Counted from the first letter of the whole stretch, positions 43,602-56,649 are shown. The stretch: 62,629 bases of DNA, filler included, from Globobulimina sp. (GCA_003354225.1; 36 parts of 36 records of this genome joined end to end with filler, not necessarily neighbours in it), one strand, 5' to 3'. The notes: a model not told the origin generated them from the sequence alone. Program-made: numbers and translations.

Positions 43602-45202
43602 ATGTTAACACATTCAACGTTGGGAGACCTCGATGTTAAATACTCATATTTAACACCCAAAGTACCTATAAATCTAAAACGTAATATTCAACGACGAAAA
43701 GTATCGTCTGCCATACACAATGATGATAAATGTCCCATTTGTTTGGACAATCAAATACCTTCATGTATTACATTATTTCCATGTGGTCACAAATTCCATG
43801 GTAACTGCTTAATCGATTGGATGAGATCACAAAATAGAACACAATTTACCTGCTCATTATGTAGACAACACATTCAATATTTTGTCAACAATTCAGTACT
43901 TTGTAACCAACAACAAATCAATCAGCAATTAAATGAAATATGGCAACATCAGTACGAATATAAAGCATCAGATCAAGATACGAATAAAAAGAAATTAAAC
44001 GCAAACGCAAAAATATTCAAACCACAAAAACAAAGTTATACATTATCGCCAATTAAGGAAAATATGTCATTTAAAAATTGTTTCTCACACAATGTTATTT
44101 GCAAAAACAAGTTGTACATTAATTTAACGAATGACAATAAATATTGCTATGATCCTAAGCCATCGCAAAGAGCAAAAGGAAATGTGCAAATATGCAGACA
44201 ATTAACAACCTCAATCATCCCCAAATTAATCCGTCAAAACATACCTAATTTGTATGGATATATGGATAAAATCATAGCAACACAAAACTTTTGCATATAC
44301 GACAATGAATTATGTATAATCGACTATGGATTTCGCGAAAAAGAAACAAATCAGATTTTGTACTGTGTTGCGAATCGGCAAGATGCCAATTTGAAGAAAA
44401 ACAAAAATTACGCGTGGGCGATGGGAAACAATTTATGGAAACAAAAACAGATCGAAAGAAGATTTGGCATTGCATCAAATAAATTACCTGCTTTGCCGAC
44501 ATTGAATGCGCATTTGGATAAACACATAGATTCTGAGGAGATAGAAGACATTATCTCTGATACAAAATGGCATAAAATTGCAATTTTTAATAAATTAAAC
44601 GTAAATACAATACGAATGACATTATCGTTGACCAATGAAGAATTTAGGCGACAATTTAGACAATGTAGGAACACGCAATTTCAATCAATCCAAAATAGAA
44701 ACAATTTAGTACCAATTTTAATGTTTGCAATTGATTCTGATGGTTATCGTATTGAGTATGTGCAAATTATCTCGCTTTGTCATAACAATATTAGTTCAAA
44801 TGTTGGAATATCTTACAAGTATATTGATGATGATATATTTGTAATTGTTGGCATTCATTTGGCGAAGAATCGTCTGATTGAGGCTCATGAATTGGCATCA
44901 GGCCATCATATCTGTCGCTGTTTGAATGCGTTTGAATCATTTATTGATGTATTACAAATTGGTAACCCAGATACTATAGTTTTGTCCCTTTTTTTTTCTG
45001 ATTATATAATATTGAATTTGTCACACAACTATAATATGTATACACTATACACGAATATGTTAAAATATTTGTGACACAGCTTAATAAATTGAAGGATTCA
45101 AATCAGAGAAAAGAAATATTAAAAAATGAAAACAGAGGGTTGAAGGCAGAGATTTCAGAATTACAAAAACGACTAAAATTACAGTCAACGGAATCATTGT
45201 GA
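43602..45202 (+). CDS. RING-H2 E3 ligase-like protein with PAM2 motif (intron 44979..45079)
   Basis: CPIC..PCGHKFH..C..W..C.LCR; KLNANAKIFKP; spliced coiled-coil last exon ending TGA 45200-45202. Confidence 0.75.
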
Positions 45203-45311
45203 CCAGTAATANNNNNNNNNNNNNNNNNNNNNNNNNNNNNNNNNNNNNNNNNNNNTTAATTAATTAANNNNNNNNNNNNNNNNNNNNNNNNNNNNNNNNN
45301 NNNNNNNNNNN

Positions 45312-45430
45312 TAGATCGTTTGCGCTTGATTTAGTAGTAGATCGCTGTGTGTTTGTCGTTTCTAGTAAAAGCTAAGTTAAAAACTCCGATACAGCTTCAT
45401 GGCAAGATGTTCAACTTTCAAGTCGATGTG
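45312..45430 (+). repeat. Left arm of a perfect 119-bp terminal inverted repeat
   Basis: Exact reverse complement of 46835..46953. Both arms reach the contig ends. Confidence 0.95.
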
Positions 45431-46834
45431 TTTTGTAAATTGAATACAAAAATCAAAACATTGAAAACGATGAAGACTCAGTTGACACAGAGCAGAAAAT
45501 AAATGGGGAGCAAGCCACAGAGGATAAATATGAGAAATTAGCAGACATTGCCACACCCACGTCCTTGTCACATGCGTTGGCCTCTGTTGAAGAGAATATC
45601 GAAGATGATCAAATGTGGATATAATTTACGGATTTAAATTTGACGCACCATATGCCACACAGCCAAACTCAAACAATACCCACGTTCAATTGGGTTTGTA
45701 TGACGAGCCAGGCTGGAATTCCTCTGTGATTTTGAACAGAGAAGATCAATTATCGCAGCGATATTTGAATGAATCACAAATTGAATTAGCACAAACGAAA
45801 AGCAAGTATGGGAGGTTCAGATTCAGGATCGTGGTTGTAGCACAGCGGAACAATTTTTATATTCTTTGCTGCTATGGCAGCCTGTGACAGTTTACATAAT
45901 AACGTGGCTCAAAATTTGGATGTTCACTTGGCATTTGGTATGTTTTGTTGGTTGCCAATGTTATTTATTGAAACATTTTTAAAAATTGTAAATTCTATGC
46001 AGAAAATGTCAATTGTTCCGAAGATCGAATGTGTGCAAATTATTTTGTAAATGTTGCTGTGGTTGTCAGAGTACTGCGAGGGATAAGAACTCATTGCGGA
46101 AAGAAACAACAGTGACAGCGCACAAAGACAGACCAAACGATTTGATTTCATTCTTAGGCGAGGAGGAGTGGAATATTGACGACATCACACCAAAGCACAA
46201 TTATAAGAGTAATATTCAAATCAAATATGTTATGACTGATGCGATGACTGAAACTGAAACCGCAATGGACGAAAAAGATACTGAGGTGAATACAAGCAAG
46301 AATGAGCCAACATCTGAGGAAATTGAGTGAGTGGTGATTGAGAACCAAAATGAGTCAATAAATAAATAGCGACCAAATAAATTCAGAAAGAGATGAGTCT
46401 TTAGAGCGAACATATTCTATGTCATTCAATGAAGAAATAAATGAGAGAAATGAAGAGAAATCTAAAGAAAATGAGTTGGTTGCAACTCAAATAAGTTGTA
46501 ATATAAATTTGACTGTCATAATTAAATTGTTGTGATTTTTTTGTTTGTTTGTGTGCATACAAAAAATTAAAATGTACATACACCATTGCACCCAATCGTT
46601 TGCTTGACAATGCTGCACAATCTCTGACAATGAAACATATTAAAATATGCAAATCGTTTCTAATTTTAAACACAAAACAAACTCAGACAAAACCGAACGC
46701 AAACCGGATGCGCATTGAGGAGCTGCGAGTTGATTTGTCTTTGGATTTGGAAACGATATGCTTTGAGAAAACACGAACTTTTCACTTTTTGAAGTTCTTT
46801 TGCTTACTAAAACACTTTAGAAATAACTTTTATC

Positions 46835-46953
46835 CACATCGACTTGAAAGTTGAACATCTTGCCATGAAGCTGTATCGGAGTTTTTAACTTAGCTTTTAC
46901 TAGAAACGACAAACACACAGCGATCTACTACTAAATCAAGCGCAAACGATCTA
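46835..46953 (-). repeat. Right arm of a perfect 119-bp terminal inverted repeat
   Basis: Exact reverse complement of 45312..45430. Confidence 0.95.
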
Positions 46954-47053
46954 NNNNNNNNNNNNNNNNNNNNNNNNNNNNNNNNNNNNNNNNNNNNTTA
47001 ATTAATTAANNNNNNNNNNNNNNNNNNNNNNNNNNNNNNNNNNNNNNNNNNNN

Positions 47054-47988
47054 CCGTCGGTGAATATTTCCAGATCATCCGGGAGATGGCGATGGACGCT
47101 GTCACAAATATCACCGCAGATAAAGTAACGCTGTCACATGGTTTATTTTTCACTGTCAATCAAATCATAAAATTATGCGACATCATCAAGAATGAGACCA
47201 TGGCAACCAATGCATTATCGGTAGTGGAGAAATTCCGTTCCATATTGACTCGTTTTCCTTTATCCGATGTGGTGACACATTTATATTTTATGGGCAGATA
47301 CAATTTGCAAAGAGGCGGCATACATTTACATAAAGCAAAGCAAGACCTACAATATGCATATAATTTATGTGCGAATTCGAATGATAATATTAATAAAATT
47401 CGTATTTTATTGCTGCTGATCCCCATCCAAATCATCAGCGGATATTTACCAAATTTAAAGAAGTTACCCCGGTGTTTACATGACCGGTTTTTTCCAATCA
47501 TTTCTGCGCTCAAAACTGGAAATATTTTGTTGTTCAAGAAAGGACTACGTTTTTATGAAAAGGACTTTATAAATTGCGGCATTTATTTGTTGTTAACCAA
47601 ATTGGAGATATTGGTGCATAGGGCGTTAGTCTCTAAAATATATGTTTTACACAAGAAAATGACTGACATTGTAGCAAAACCACATATTGTAAATCTAACT
47701 CAAATTAAAAACGCAATTCACATTCGAAGCAAACAATATTACGAGTCACAATTTAATGTTGCGTTTGAAATTGAAGCCAAAAACCAAGAAAAAACAGTTG
47801 ATTTTGACGAAGTTTTGATAAATGAAATTGATGAGGACGAGATTCAATGTATTTTGTCGACTTTAATATATAAAAAATTAATCGGTGGCTATGTTGCACA
47901 TAATACGGCATGTTGTTTATCTAAAATAATGCATAAAGCTTTTCCACCGGTTCGGGCATGCAAAGATTGGTGGATTCATGATTTCTAA
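47054..47988 (+). CDS. PCID2/Thp1/Csn12-family PCI-domain protein, 5'-truncated
   Basis: VT.LYFMGR, NKIRIL..LIP....GYLP, ALKTGN, GIYLLL.KL, DEIQCILS.LI..KLI.GYV.H, LSK..AFP. Confidence 0.85.
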
Positions 47989-48118
47989 TCTTTTTTTTGT
48001 TTTTTTAACTTTTTTTTTAAGTTTTCTGACTATTAAATTATCCGAAAATGATCGATAAGAGTATATAAAAGATAAATTATTATAATAATAACATTTTAAA
48101 TTATAAAAAAACCAAAAG

Positions 48119-48695
48119 TTATTGGACTACTCTGTTAAGGAGAGTCTTTTTAGCAAATCTAATGCAAATTATCTTGAAACAAACATTGGGAAATTTACAA
48201 ATTTTTGGATAAATATTATCACCAAAACGAAATAGACAAAGAATAGCAACGCTTGTAATTAAGCTGTCGACAGCAGCCACATTCATTGGTAATAATAATG
48301 AAATGCGCGTTTGTTCACCAATCATAAATCTAAATGCCATGAATGAGAAAAAAACAAATAAGATGGATATTGCCACGGTGACAACCAATACAGCATTCCG
48401 TGTGGTGATATTTATGAAACCTATGCCCCGGTCACTTTGCAATTGGATGGATCCGGATTGTATGCACTCTGTTGATGGTATTCGTGATTCGATGGCGAAT
48501 CGCGAAATTGATGGACTATTTGGTGGTAATTGTAAATTGAAATTGGGAGTGTTTGACCTGTTGGCGAATCGGGGTATTGATGGACTATTTGGAGTACTGG
48601 TTTGTGGTGTTTCTGCATTGCTATTTTTCGTTTTCGAATTCTGTGCATCTGACTGTATTTTTATGTGGTTTTGTCTGACTGTATTTGTATCGGCA
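48119..48695 (-). CDS. 7TM/GPCR-like protein C-terminal part, with a duplicated PNSPSI.RFA motif in a cytoplasmic loop
   Basis: The frame is open to the contig edge. Two terminal TM helices, then YPKIC. Confidence 0.5.
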
Positions 48696-48795
48696 NNNNN
48701 NNNNNNNNNNNNNNNNNNNNNNNNNNNNNNNNNNNNNNNTTAATTAATTAANNNNNNNNNNNNNNNNNNNNNNNNNNNNNNNNNNNNNNNNNNNN

Positions 48796-49523
48796 TAGTT
48801 GGCGAAATTGTAGGATTATATGTTGGAGAAAGAGTTGGATGTTTGGACGGATTTAATGTAACAGACGTCGGACTGTCCGTTGGTGCACTTGTCGGAATGT
48901 TTGCTATTTAAAAACAAAATTACATTGAAGCTGTTACTGTCAACATTTCCGTATATTCAAAATAAAGACTAAACTTAAACTATTTACAGGGACAATATAT
49001 ATATTTGAGGGAGGGCTCCCGCCAGATTGTGAATCGCAAGATAAATAGTGATCAACCCCAGAATCAATATTTCGAGCACGATTACTATTCGTGCAACGCA
49101 ACTCTATCGATTTCATATTAATACTGTCGGAAGCGAGCATTGGAATGGTTGAGGCTGCCTCATAAATCCGAAAAATACAATTGCTTGAAAATGTGGTGAC
49201 ATGATAGAGTCCATTTCCTCGCGTTCTGCTCAGTACAATGATATTTCTGGCGGGTTTACAATCAAATCGATGCTATTCACGTAAAACATTGCTAATTGGA
49301 GAGATGCGCTATTATCCAAACGTATTTTATTATCTGATTCTGATCTTGGTTCTGTGCTGACCCATCCTTCGGTACAACATGGAGTGTAAATATAAAATGG
49401 TTCGTTCCATTGATACATTAAGTTTAAATAAGCCAACGTATTGTCGAATAGTGCGCCACCGTTTACTGAAATATTGAATAAAATTACATAAAAAACAGCA
49501 GCGACCATCTGTATGGTTATCAT
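48796..49523 (-). pseudogene. Secreted protein with Pro/Thr (PTxxPT) stalk, interrupted by a frameshift near 49230-49275
   Basis: The signal-peptide ORF stops at 49230 while another frame is open from about 49272 through 48940. A probable intron then leads to PTSAPTDSPT..PTLSPTYNPTISPT. Confidence 0.45.
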
Positions 49524-50098
49524 TAGGGTCTCCGATAAGTACTGTTTTTTTTACTGTTTGAAAACACTTTTCTATCATAGTCACGATCCTATCGAACAGG
49601 TCTTTAATAAGTCAGCCAAATTAGGTATTTATTGAGTACATATTTGCGAGCGAAGCTCGCCATTATTCCCTTCCGTATAAGATTGTGATGATAGCTCAAT
49701 GAGAGCATCTTATTAAATAAGATTTGGGTCCAAATCCCAATCATTTTTAGCCAATCGTGTGTATATGTTAAGGTTTCCATTTTATACCATCAATAAAACG
49801 GAAACGTTTCTATTTTATTAGGCAATAAAGTGACTTTTATAGTAGTCAAATAAAAGTTTTTTATAGGCGTTTTTTGGAATAAACCTATATTATTTTTAAC
49901 TTTATCAGTCACCAGAAACGGTTTGCGTATACATTACCCAATAAAAATCTGACGCTGAAGACCGGATGTTCTTGGACACCGAGTGCGAGGATACAAAAAA
50001 TAGCCTCATGCTCTTTCCATCATCGTAAAAATTATAATTAATTAAGTTAAACTCTTAAAAGAGTTATTCAACACAATTGCAACAAGAACTTATACATT

Positions 50099-50437
50099 TT
50101 ATTCACAAAACACAAATTCAGCGTTACCAACGTATTGTTGACTGCTATTCTCTTTTTTACTGCCACTATTTGCAATGTTTAACCCTTCCATTTCTGTCTC
50201 TTGCATCCATTGCTCAATCTGATCTGTTTCAAATTGCTCATCTCCTTCATTCATATTATCATTATCGTCATTATATTGATTTGCTGTCGCCATTGATTCG
50301 GTGCTCCATGCTTGTCCTTGAATATCTATGCAATGATATTTCCTCAAATATAAATATATAATAATTATTACAAATATCATTAATATTATCAACATAAAGA
50401 GCCACCATAACCCATCATTATTATTAGCATCACGCAC
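50099..50437 (-). CDS. C-terminus of a single-pass membrane protein
   Basis: Strong TM (LWWLFMLIILMIFVIIIIYLYL) followed by RK and an acidic tail. Confidence 0.5.
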   Translation of the reverse strand: MRDANNNDGLWWLFMLIILMIFVIIIIYLYLRKYHCIDIQGQAWSTESMATANQYNDDNDNMNEGDEQFETDQIEQWMQETEMEGLNIANSGSKKENSSQQYVGNAEFVFCE

Positions 50438-50537
50438 NNNNNNNNNNNNNNNNNNNNNNNNNNNNNNNNNNNNNNNNNNNNTTAATTAATTAANNNNNNN
50501 NNNNNNNNNNNNNNNNNNNNNNNNNNNNNNNNNNNNN

Positions 50538-52073
50538 AGCAATGGATGTGATTTTGATATATCCTAAGGTGGCCGCAATGGGATTTGCTTCGGAGTTTAT
50601 AGAAAAAGCTATCTATCAATACCATGTCAATCAAAGTAAACATATTTATGTGAAAACACCGCATCGATTTAATAAAATGCATGAAATTATTAAAATTATT
50701 GATGATTTACAGAAAAAGAATAAGAAACCCGATGTTACGGTCGAACAGCGCTTATTGTCTATGGGCTATGATCCACATTTAATACAAACTGCTATGATCC
50801 AGGAATATAATGCGAAAACTACTAAAGATATATCCAGTTATTACCAGCCCACGGATATCAATCAAGTCATTCAAATCATGCAAAGTTTAGTTTGCAAACA
50901 ACAACAGATACAACGGCAACATTTAATCGCTCAACAACAATTACAATATGCTCAGCAACAATATGCGCAGCGACAATTAATATTACATCAACAAAGTCAA
51001 TTACAAATTGCGATTGAATGCAAATTGAATGCCATTTCCAAAGAAAGCAATTGCAATCAAACTAAGAAAGCGATTGGAGACGAGTTATTTGCAAAGATAG
51101 CAGAGATTGGACCGACTTTTATTTCAAAGATTACTGGGATGATTATGGAATTTGATATCAACAAATTGATTTTATTGAACAACGATCAAAATTATTTATT
51201 GAAGACAGTAAATGAGGCGGTTGCTTTTCTGAAAGCAAATAACTATATAGAGTCTGAACAAAAAGTAGAAGCAGGAAATGAATGTCCGGAGAATGATAAT
51301 GATAATAATAATAACAATACATATGATGAGAAGAAAGAAGGTGAGAATGAGTATGAAGTGGCTGGAGATAATAGAAACAGTGATGTAGTACAAATGAAGC
51401 GATTAACATTAGCATCGATGCCGGAAGTTAATGATAAAGATTTGTCGCAATTCAGAATGCAGGAAATGGCGGAAGAAAAACACTTTAATTCAGAATGGCA
51501 AGAAGAAAAAAACTATAAAAACAATCAACAGAAATATCGGAAAAAATCAAAAAAAGATATTATTTTTTATATGTCACAACAAAAGAAAATTGCAAAAAAA
51601 TGGATAAAAAAAGCAATGACAACATATGAAGTTAAGAAAAATTTGATAGATAATTTATTTTGTTTTTATGATTTTATATAAACGACAATGTCCAGCGTAT
51701 GTATGGAGATCGTTATAATGTTAAAGTGATTTCAGAAATTGTTGAAAGAGTGAAAAATAAAGAATTTATACAAATCGATTCAAATAAAGTTGAAAATCCA
51801 ATAAGATATGATTTGTGGAGTTGTTCTGATGCGTTAAAGTGGATTATAAATGTGGATAATATGAGATTTAGAAAATATCAAAAAATATTAGCTGTGAAAT
51901 TGAAAGACGAAGGGATGAATGGAATGTGTTTGATTGATATGAATAAAAATGATTTTCATAGAATAGGTATAATAAATGATAAAGATAAAGAAATATTGCT
52001 TCAAAAGATTGCTGAAATGTTGAAACAAAATGCAAATTGTTATATTTCAGAGTTACAAATTGAAGGATGTTAG
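50538..52073 (+). CDS. UBA-like x2 - polyQ - MLLE(PABC) - SAM protein (intron 51631..51695)
   Basis: MGF..EFIEKAI and LLSMGYD...IQTAM; KKAIGDELF..I......KITGMIME...LL..VNEAV..L; WSCSDALKWI..G.CL.......IGI. Confidence 0.75.
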
Positions 52074-52303
52074 CTTTTGTTAATTTTTTTATATATATTC
52101 GAGACCCATAATATAAGGAGTGATTCAACAAATGTTCTCGTTATTCGTCAACAAATGACGGTCATTTTTTTTTTTTTTTNNNNNNNNNNNNNNNNNNNNN
52201 NNNNNNNNNNNNNNNNNNNNNNNTTAATTAATTAANNNNNNNNNNNNNNNNNNNNNNNNNNNNNNNNNNNNNNNNNNNNTGGGGAATAAATAATGGCAAT
52301 TGA

Positions 52304-53593
52304 ATGATTAATAAAATAACTGCAAAAACAAAAGGCATCATACAATATCATAGCGATGTATTTTACGATATATTTCAACTAAAAGTATCCCGCGAGAATG
52401 ATCTGAATCGGTTTATAATTTCCATTGTTGGTTTACCGCAACGTACACATAAAATGGGTGTAAAATTAGAATTATTCGCCATGGATATGAGTGGGAAGAG
52501 TAATAACAATAAAATAAAGATTATATCCTCCATTGTTTCTTTTTCATATACGTCGCATTCGTTTATTTTATCACGGAGTAAGAATGAATTATTAATTGAC
52601 TTATTATTAAATTATAACAAGTTAACATTATTTTGCACTGCTAATATTATACAAAAATATGATGAACAAAATAATTGCATCGCCACTCAAATGAAAGCCA
52701 TATTTGATCGTAATATTACTGTAAAAAAAGAGGAGAAAAAAGAGAAAAAGAAAAGAGAAAAGAAAATATTGATTGTGGATAATATGGAGGAGATTCGCAA
52801 AGAAATCATATTATCCAAAGAAAAGATTGTCAGCTTACACTCAGAAACATTTGTATGGCATATCACAAAATATTCAGATAACGGATTGCTGGACAAATTA
52901 AAAGGCACTGTCAAGAGACAAACGTTTAACAGCGACATCTTTGTGTTATTTGGCTGTAAATGGTATATTTCCATTTATGTATATTATAGGCAGCGACATA
53001 GCGGTCGGCGAAGGAGGTCATTGTCGGAGAGTGACGGCAACGGAGAGCATAATAATAAAGTGTCAATATTTGTGAATTGCATAATGTATGGCTCAATTAA
53101 TTGGAAAGTATCGTATGAATTGCTTCAAACTGGTGCAAAATGTGAGTTTTATGACAATTTTGATGGTCATTGGCGGCGTGGTTCGTTGCGACCGGATCCA
53201 GATTCAAAAGTATTATCAGAAAATGTATCTGCGATTAAATTATTGAATGAAATGACAATAAAAATTAAGTTATCGCTTATTTCCGATTATTCAGAGAATA
53301 GAAGAAGGAGAGGACCACGACAACAACAACAAGAATATAATCAGAATGCATATGAGAGGAAATATGAAAGAGAGGAGATTGAGAATAATAATAAGATTGA
53401 TAAGGAGGTTATAGATTGGTTATGTGATACGGTTAAATTGCCACAATATATTCATGTATTTAGGCAAGAAGCAATTGAAGATTTAAATATTGTTAAATTG
53501 TTGACATTGGAATGTTTGAATAAAATGGGTATAGTCAAAATTGGACATCAACTTAAGATATTACGTCAAATTGACATTTTAAAAGCAAAATAA
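52304..53593 (+). CDS. MATH/TRAF-domain protein with C-terminal SAM domain
   Basis: FVWHI...F.SDIF.LFGCKWYISIY; V.DWL...KLPQY...F..E.I.......L..MGI.KIGHQLKIL. Confidence 0.75.
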   Translation: MINKITAKTKGIIQYHSDVFYDIFQLKVSRENDLNRFIISIVGLPQRTHKMGVKLELFAMDMSGKSNNNKIKIISSIVSFSYTSHSFILSRSKNELLIDLLLNYNKLTLFCTANIIQKYDEQNNCIATQMKAIFDRNITVKKEEKKEKKKREKKILIVDNMEEIRKEIILSKEKIVSLHSETFVWHITKYSDNGLLDKLKGTVKRQTFNSDIFVLFGCKWYISIYVYYRQRHSGRRRRSLSESDGNGEHNNKVSIFVNCIMYGSINWKVSYELLQTGAKCEFYDNFDGHWRRGSLRPDPDSKVLSENVSAIKLLNEMTIKIKLSLISDYSENRRRRGPRQQQQEYNQNAYERKYEREEIENNNKIDKEVIDWLCDTVKLPQYIHVFRQEAIEDLNIVKLLTLECLNKMGIVKIGHQLKILRQIDILKAK

Positions 53594-53666
53594 CAGACCA
53601 AAAAAAAAGCGTTCGTTTGCATGATATTTGATATTTATTTGACTCAAAAACTTGCAGTGCAGGACA

Positions 53667-53921
53667 ATGGGCAGCAAGAAAGATGGCAAACTCACCAAAC
53701 GAAAGGAGAAACCAAAGACAAAACCAAAAACTAAAAGGCCGGTATATTGTGTCTGCCGTCGTGAATGGGATGGCAACTCATTAATGGTTCAATGCGATCA
53801 TTGTCAAGAATGGTTTCATCCAAAATGTGTCGGTGTATCCACCAAAGAAGCAAAAGATAATCCATGTATATGTCCACAGTGTCAGCACAAGCCAATATTA
53901 AAATTAATTAATTACAAAATG
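53667..53921 (+). CDS. PHD-finger protein N-terminus
   Basis: VYCVCR......MVQCDHCQEWFHPKCVG.......ICPQC. Confidence 0.85.
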
Positions 53922-54021
53922 NNNNNNNNNNNNNNNNNNNNNNNNNNNNNNNNNNNNNNNNNNNNTTAATTAATTAANNNNNNNNNNNNNNNNNNNNNNN
54001 NNNNNNNNNNNNNNNNNNNNN

Positions 54022-55400
54022 TTTGAAAGTATAATCACAAAAAGAATTATCCTTCTTCGGCCCCGGCGCGTTCTTGGTCTGTTTCTGCATATCCTGCTCC
54101 GCCTGAATATTCTCAAAATTGCTCGTATCAATCTCGCTCGTTAACTTGGGCACAAAGGGCGGCCGCATCGACAACAAGTTATGCCACGGTATCTGCTTAA
54201 AATAGGAATGCGACTTAATTTGCCCAAAGGAATAGCGCCTCCGATACGAACAGACCAAATTATGGATCAAATCCGCACATTCCTTGCTCAACTTGGCGTC
54301 GTACGGTATCTTAAAATATTTCCTATAATGCACAATCTTCCTGCAAGTTTGCAGCGGGTCCTCGGCATAAAAGGGCGGATAACCCACCAAGCACTCGAAC
54401 ATAATCACGCCCATCGACCACCAATCCACCATCTTATCATAGCCTTTCTGCGAAAACACTTCCGGTGCGATGTAATCCGGAGTGCCCACCGTGGAATACA
54501 TCAACTTGCGGTCGCGATGATACTTTTTCTTCTTCTTACTGCTCACAGTGTCGTTCACCACGGGCTCGTCCTTGATCTGCTCCTTCATGGTCTGATACTT
54601 GCTGATAACTTGGTCGTTTTCGGTGTTGAACGACTTGGCGAGTCCGAAATCGCTCAATTTTATATGTCCATCGTTGGCGATTAAGATATTATCGGGCTTA
54701 ACATATGTATTTGTTGTATGACAGCAATGTAAGTAATACAGATCAATGTAAGCAATACCTTCAAGTCTCGGTGCACGAAATCCAACTCATGCACCGCGTT
54801 GATAGCGGCCGCCAACTCGCACACATAAAATTTGGTTTGGTTCTCGCTCAAAATGTCTTCCCGCATCAAGATGGTCATCAAGTCGCCGCCGCCGCAATAC
54901 TCCATCACCAAATATAAATAGATGTCGTCCTGGAAAGAGAAGTGGAGCTTGACTAAGAAGCCAGAGACGCGCGACGCGTTGGCCATTAAATCGCGCTCAG
55001 CCTTGACGTGCGCCACCTGGTTCTTGGCGATCATGTCCTTTTTGCGCATCGTCTTCATGGCATACACCACATTGTCGCCCATACAGCGCACAATGCGCAC
55101 TTCGCCGAAAGCGCCTTTGCCGATAACTTTGATCAATTCGAAATCCTTTAAGCCTAATTTTTTGCGCGAATCGCGTAAGAGCTTCTTCTCTTCTTTGTAA
55201 TATTTGTTCATCATCTCGTTCTTTTTGGAGTCGTCTAAGTTGGCGTTTTGCTTTAATTTATGTTGCATTTGTAAGGTGCGGAGACGTCGTTGCGTCACAT
55301 CGCGCATACGGCCTTGGATGGTGCCTTCCACCTTCTTCTTCATCGCCTGCACCTTTTCCAATGTCTCTTTGGACGGTTTGGCTTTGGTATGCGATGCCAT
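54022..55400 (-). CDS. NDR/LATS (STK38/Cbk1-type) AGC kinase, 3'-truncated (intron 54697..54758)
   Basis: N-terminal regulatory segment; IGKGAFGEVR, NQVAHVKAERD, HRDLK|PDNIL, SDFGL, YSTVGTPDYIAPE, DTSNF. Confidence 0.95.
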
Positions 55401-56609
55401 GTTTTTGCTGTGTATTTATGTGATGTGCTTTAATGGTTGGTTTGTTCTGAGCAACACAACGTTAACATGCTTTTCGGTATTGATAATTGTTGGATTTTTG
55501 AGGTGTGAAGTAAAAAAAAACTTTAACTGAAAACATTGTCATATTCTAGAGTCACTGTTCCCGCCAAGTGTGTCTTAGGACTAATAATCATGGAAACAAA
55601 ACTATTTTTATTATTAATAATATATAATATTTATTAAGTTTATTAAGGTTATTAAGTTTATTANNNNNNNNNNNNNNNNNNNNNNNNNNNNNNNNNNNNN
55701 NNNNNNNTTAATTAATTAANNNNNNNNNNNNNNNNNNNNNNNNNNNNNNNNNNNNNNNNNNNNTTTTTCCAAAGTACATTCTACGCTCAATCGAGCATCA
55801 CCAAAATCAGAATGATACGAATTACAACTTCCAAAATCTGTACAGTCACTAAATTCCGATACTTTATCATCAGATTCAGAGGTATTGCAATATTGAATAG
55901 CAAATGTAGTCATCACAATAAATGCTAAAGAATAATTCATTTGTATTTGTTATACTTGCTTGTAAGGAATTTGTTTAGTTTAAAGTTGTGCGATTGTGCG
56001 AACTCTAGAGTTTTTGATTTTAGCTCATTTAATGATGAAAATCTTAATATCAGGGTTCTCACCTCATAGACGATAGCAAGGATAGATTTTTCCTGATTCT
56101 AGCATATGAAACACCCTTACCAGTCTTAAAAGGATTTGATCATTATTTTGGTCCATATAATGGAACTATATCCTATTAATAATATAACAGCAAAATTAAA
56201 ATTGTAGCAAATAAATGTGATGGCTGTAATTTCGATCAAAACAAGTTTAGATTGAATTTGGAAATTTTGGTTAATTGACTTAATTCGATTCGATTACAAT
56301 TTAAAGTTTTCAAAATTCCGATAGGTTTCTGTTTTGATGTACATCCCTGAGGTAACTATAGCTAATCGTATCAACAAACGATGTATTATCTATCCGCTGA
56401 AACAAACGACGTATTATGCACTTATTCCATTTGTGTAAATATGATCGCATCGATGTTGTTAAGTGGCTTTTCTCATCACGTTTTATTAAACGGTGTATTC
56501 TGGATCTGTTTGATATTGAAGAAAGGGGTGAATAATATATATATATACTTTATTCGAGACTGTGCGATAGTAGTCTTAAGGAGTTGATCTAACTATCTGA
56601 TTTACAATG

Positions 56610-56649
56610 TTTGACGTTTCGACCTCATAAAGGAGGCCTTCATCAGAAA
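56610..56649 (-). ncRNA. Minimal type I hammerhead ribozyme of Penelope-like-element type
   Basis: Minus strand UUU-CUGAUGA-A-GGCCUC-CUUUAU-GAGGUC-GAAAC-GUC-AAA: full core, 6-bp stem II, palindromic ACGU stem III, short stem I. Confidence 0.7.

Noticed and set aside
47054-47135. GC-richer start of the PCID2 contig as another bacterial chimera
   Set aside because: It is in frame with the gene and has no recognisable prokaryotic motif, so the call cannot be supported.
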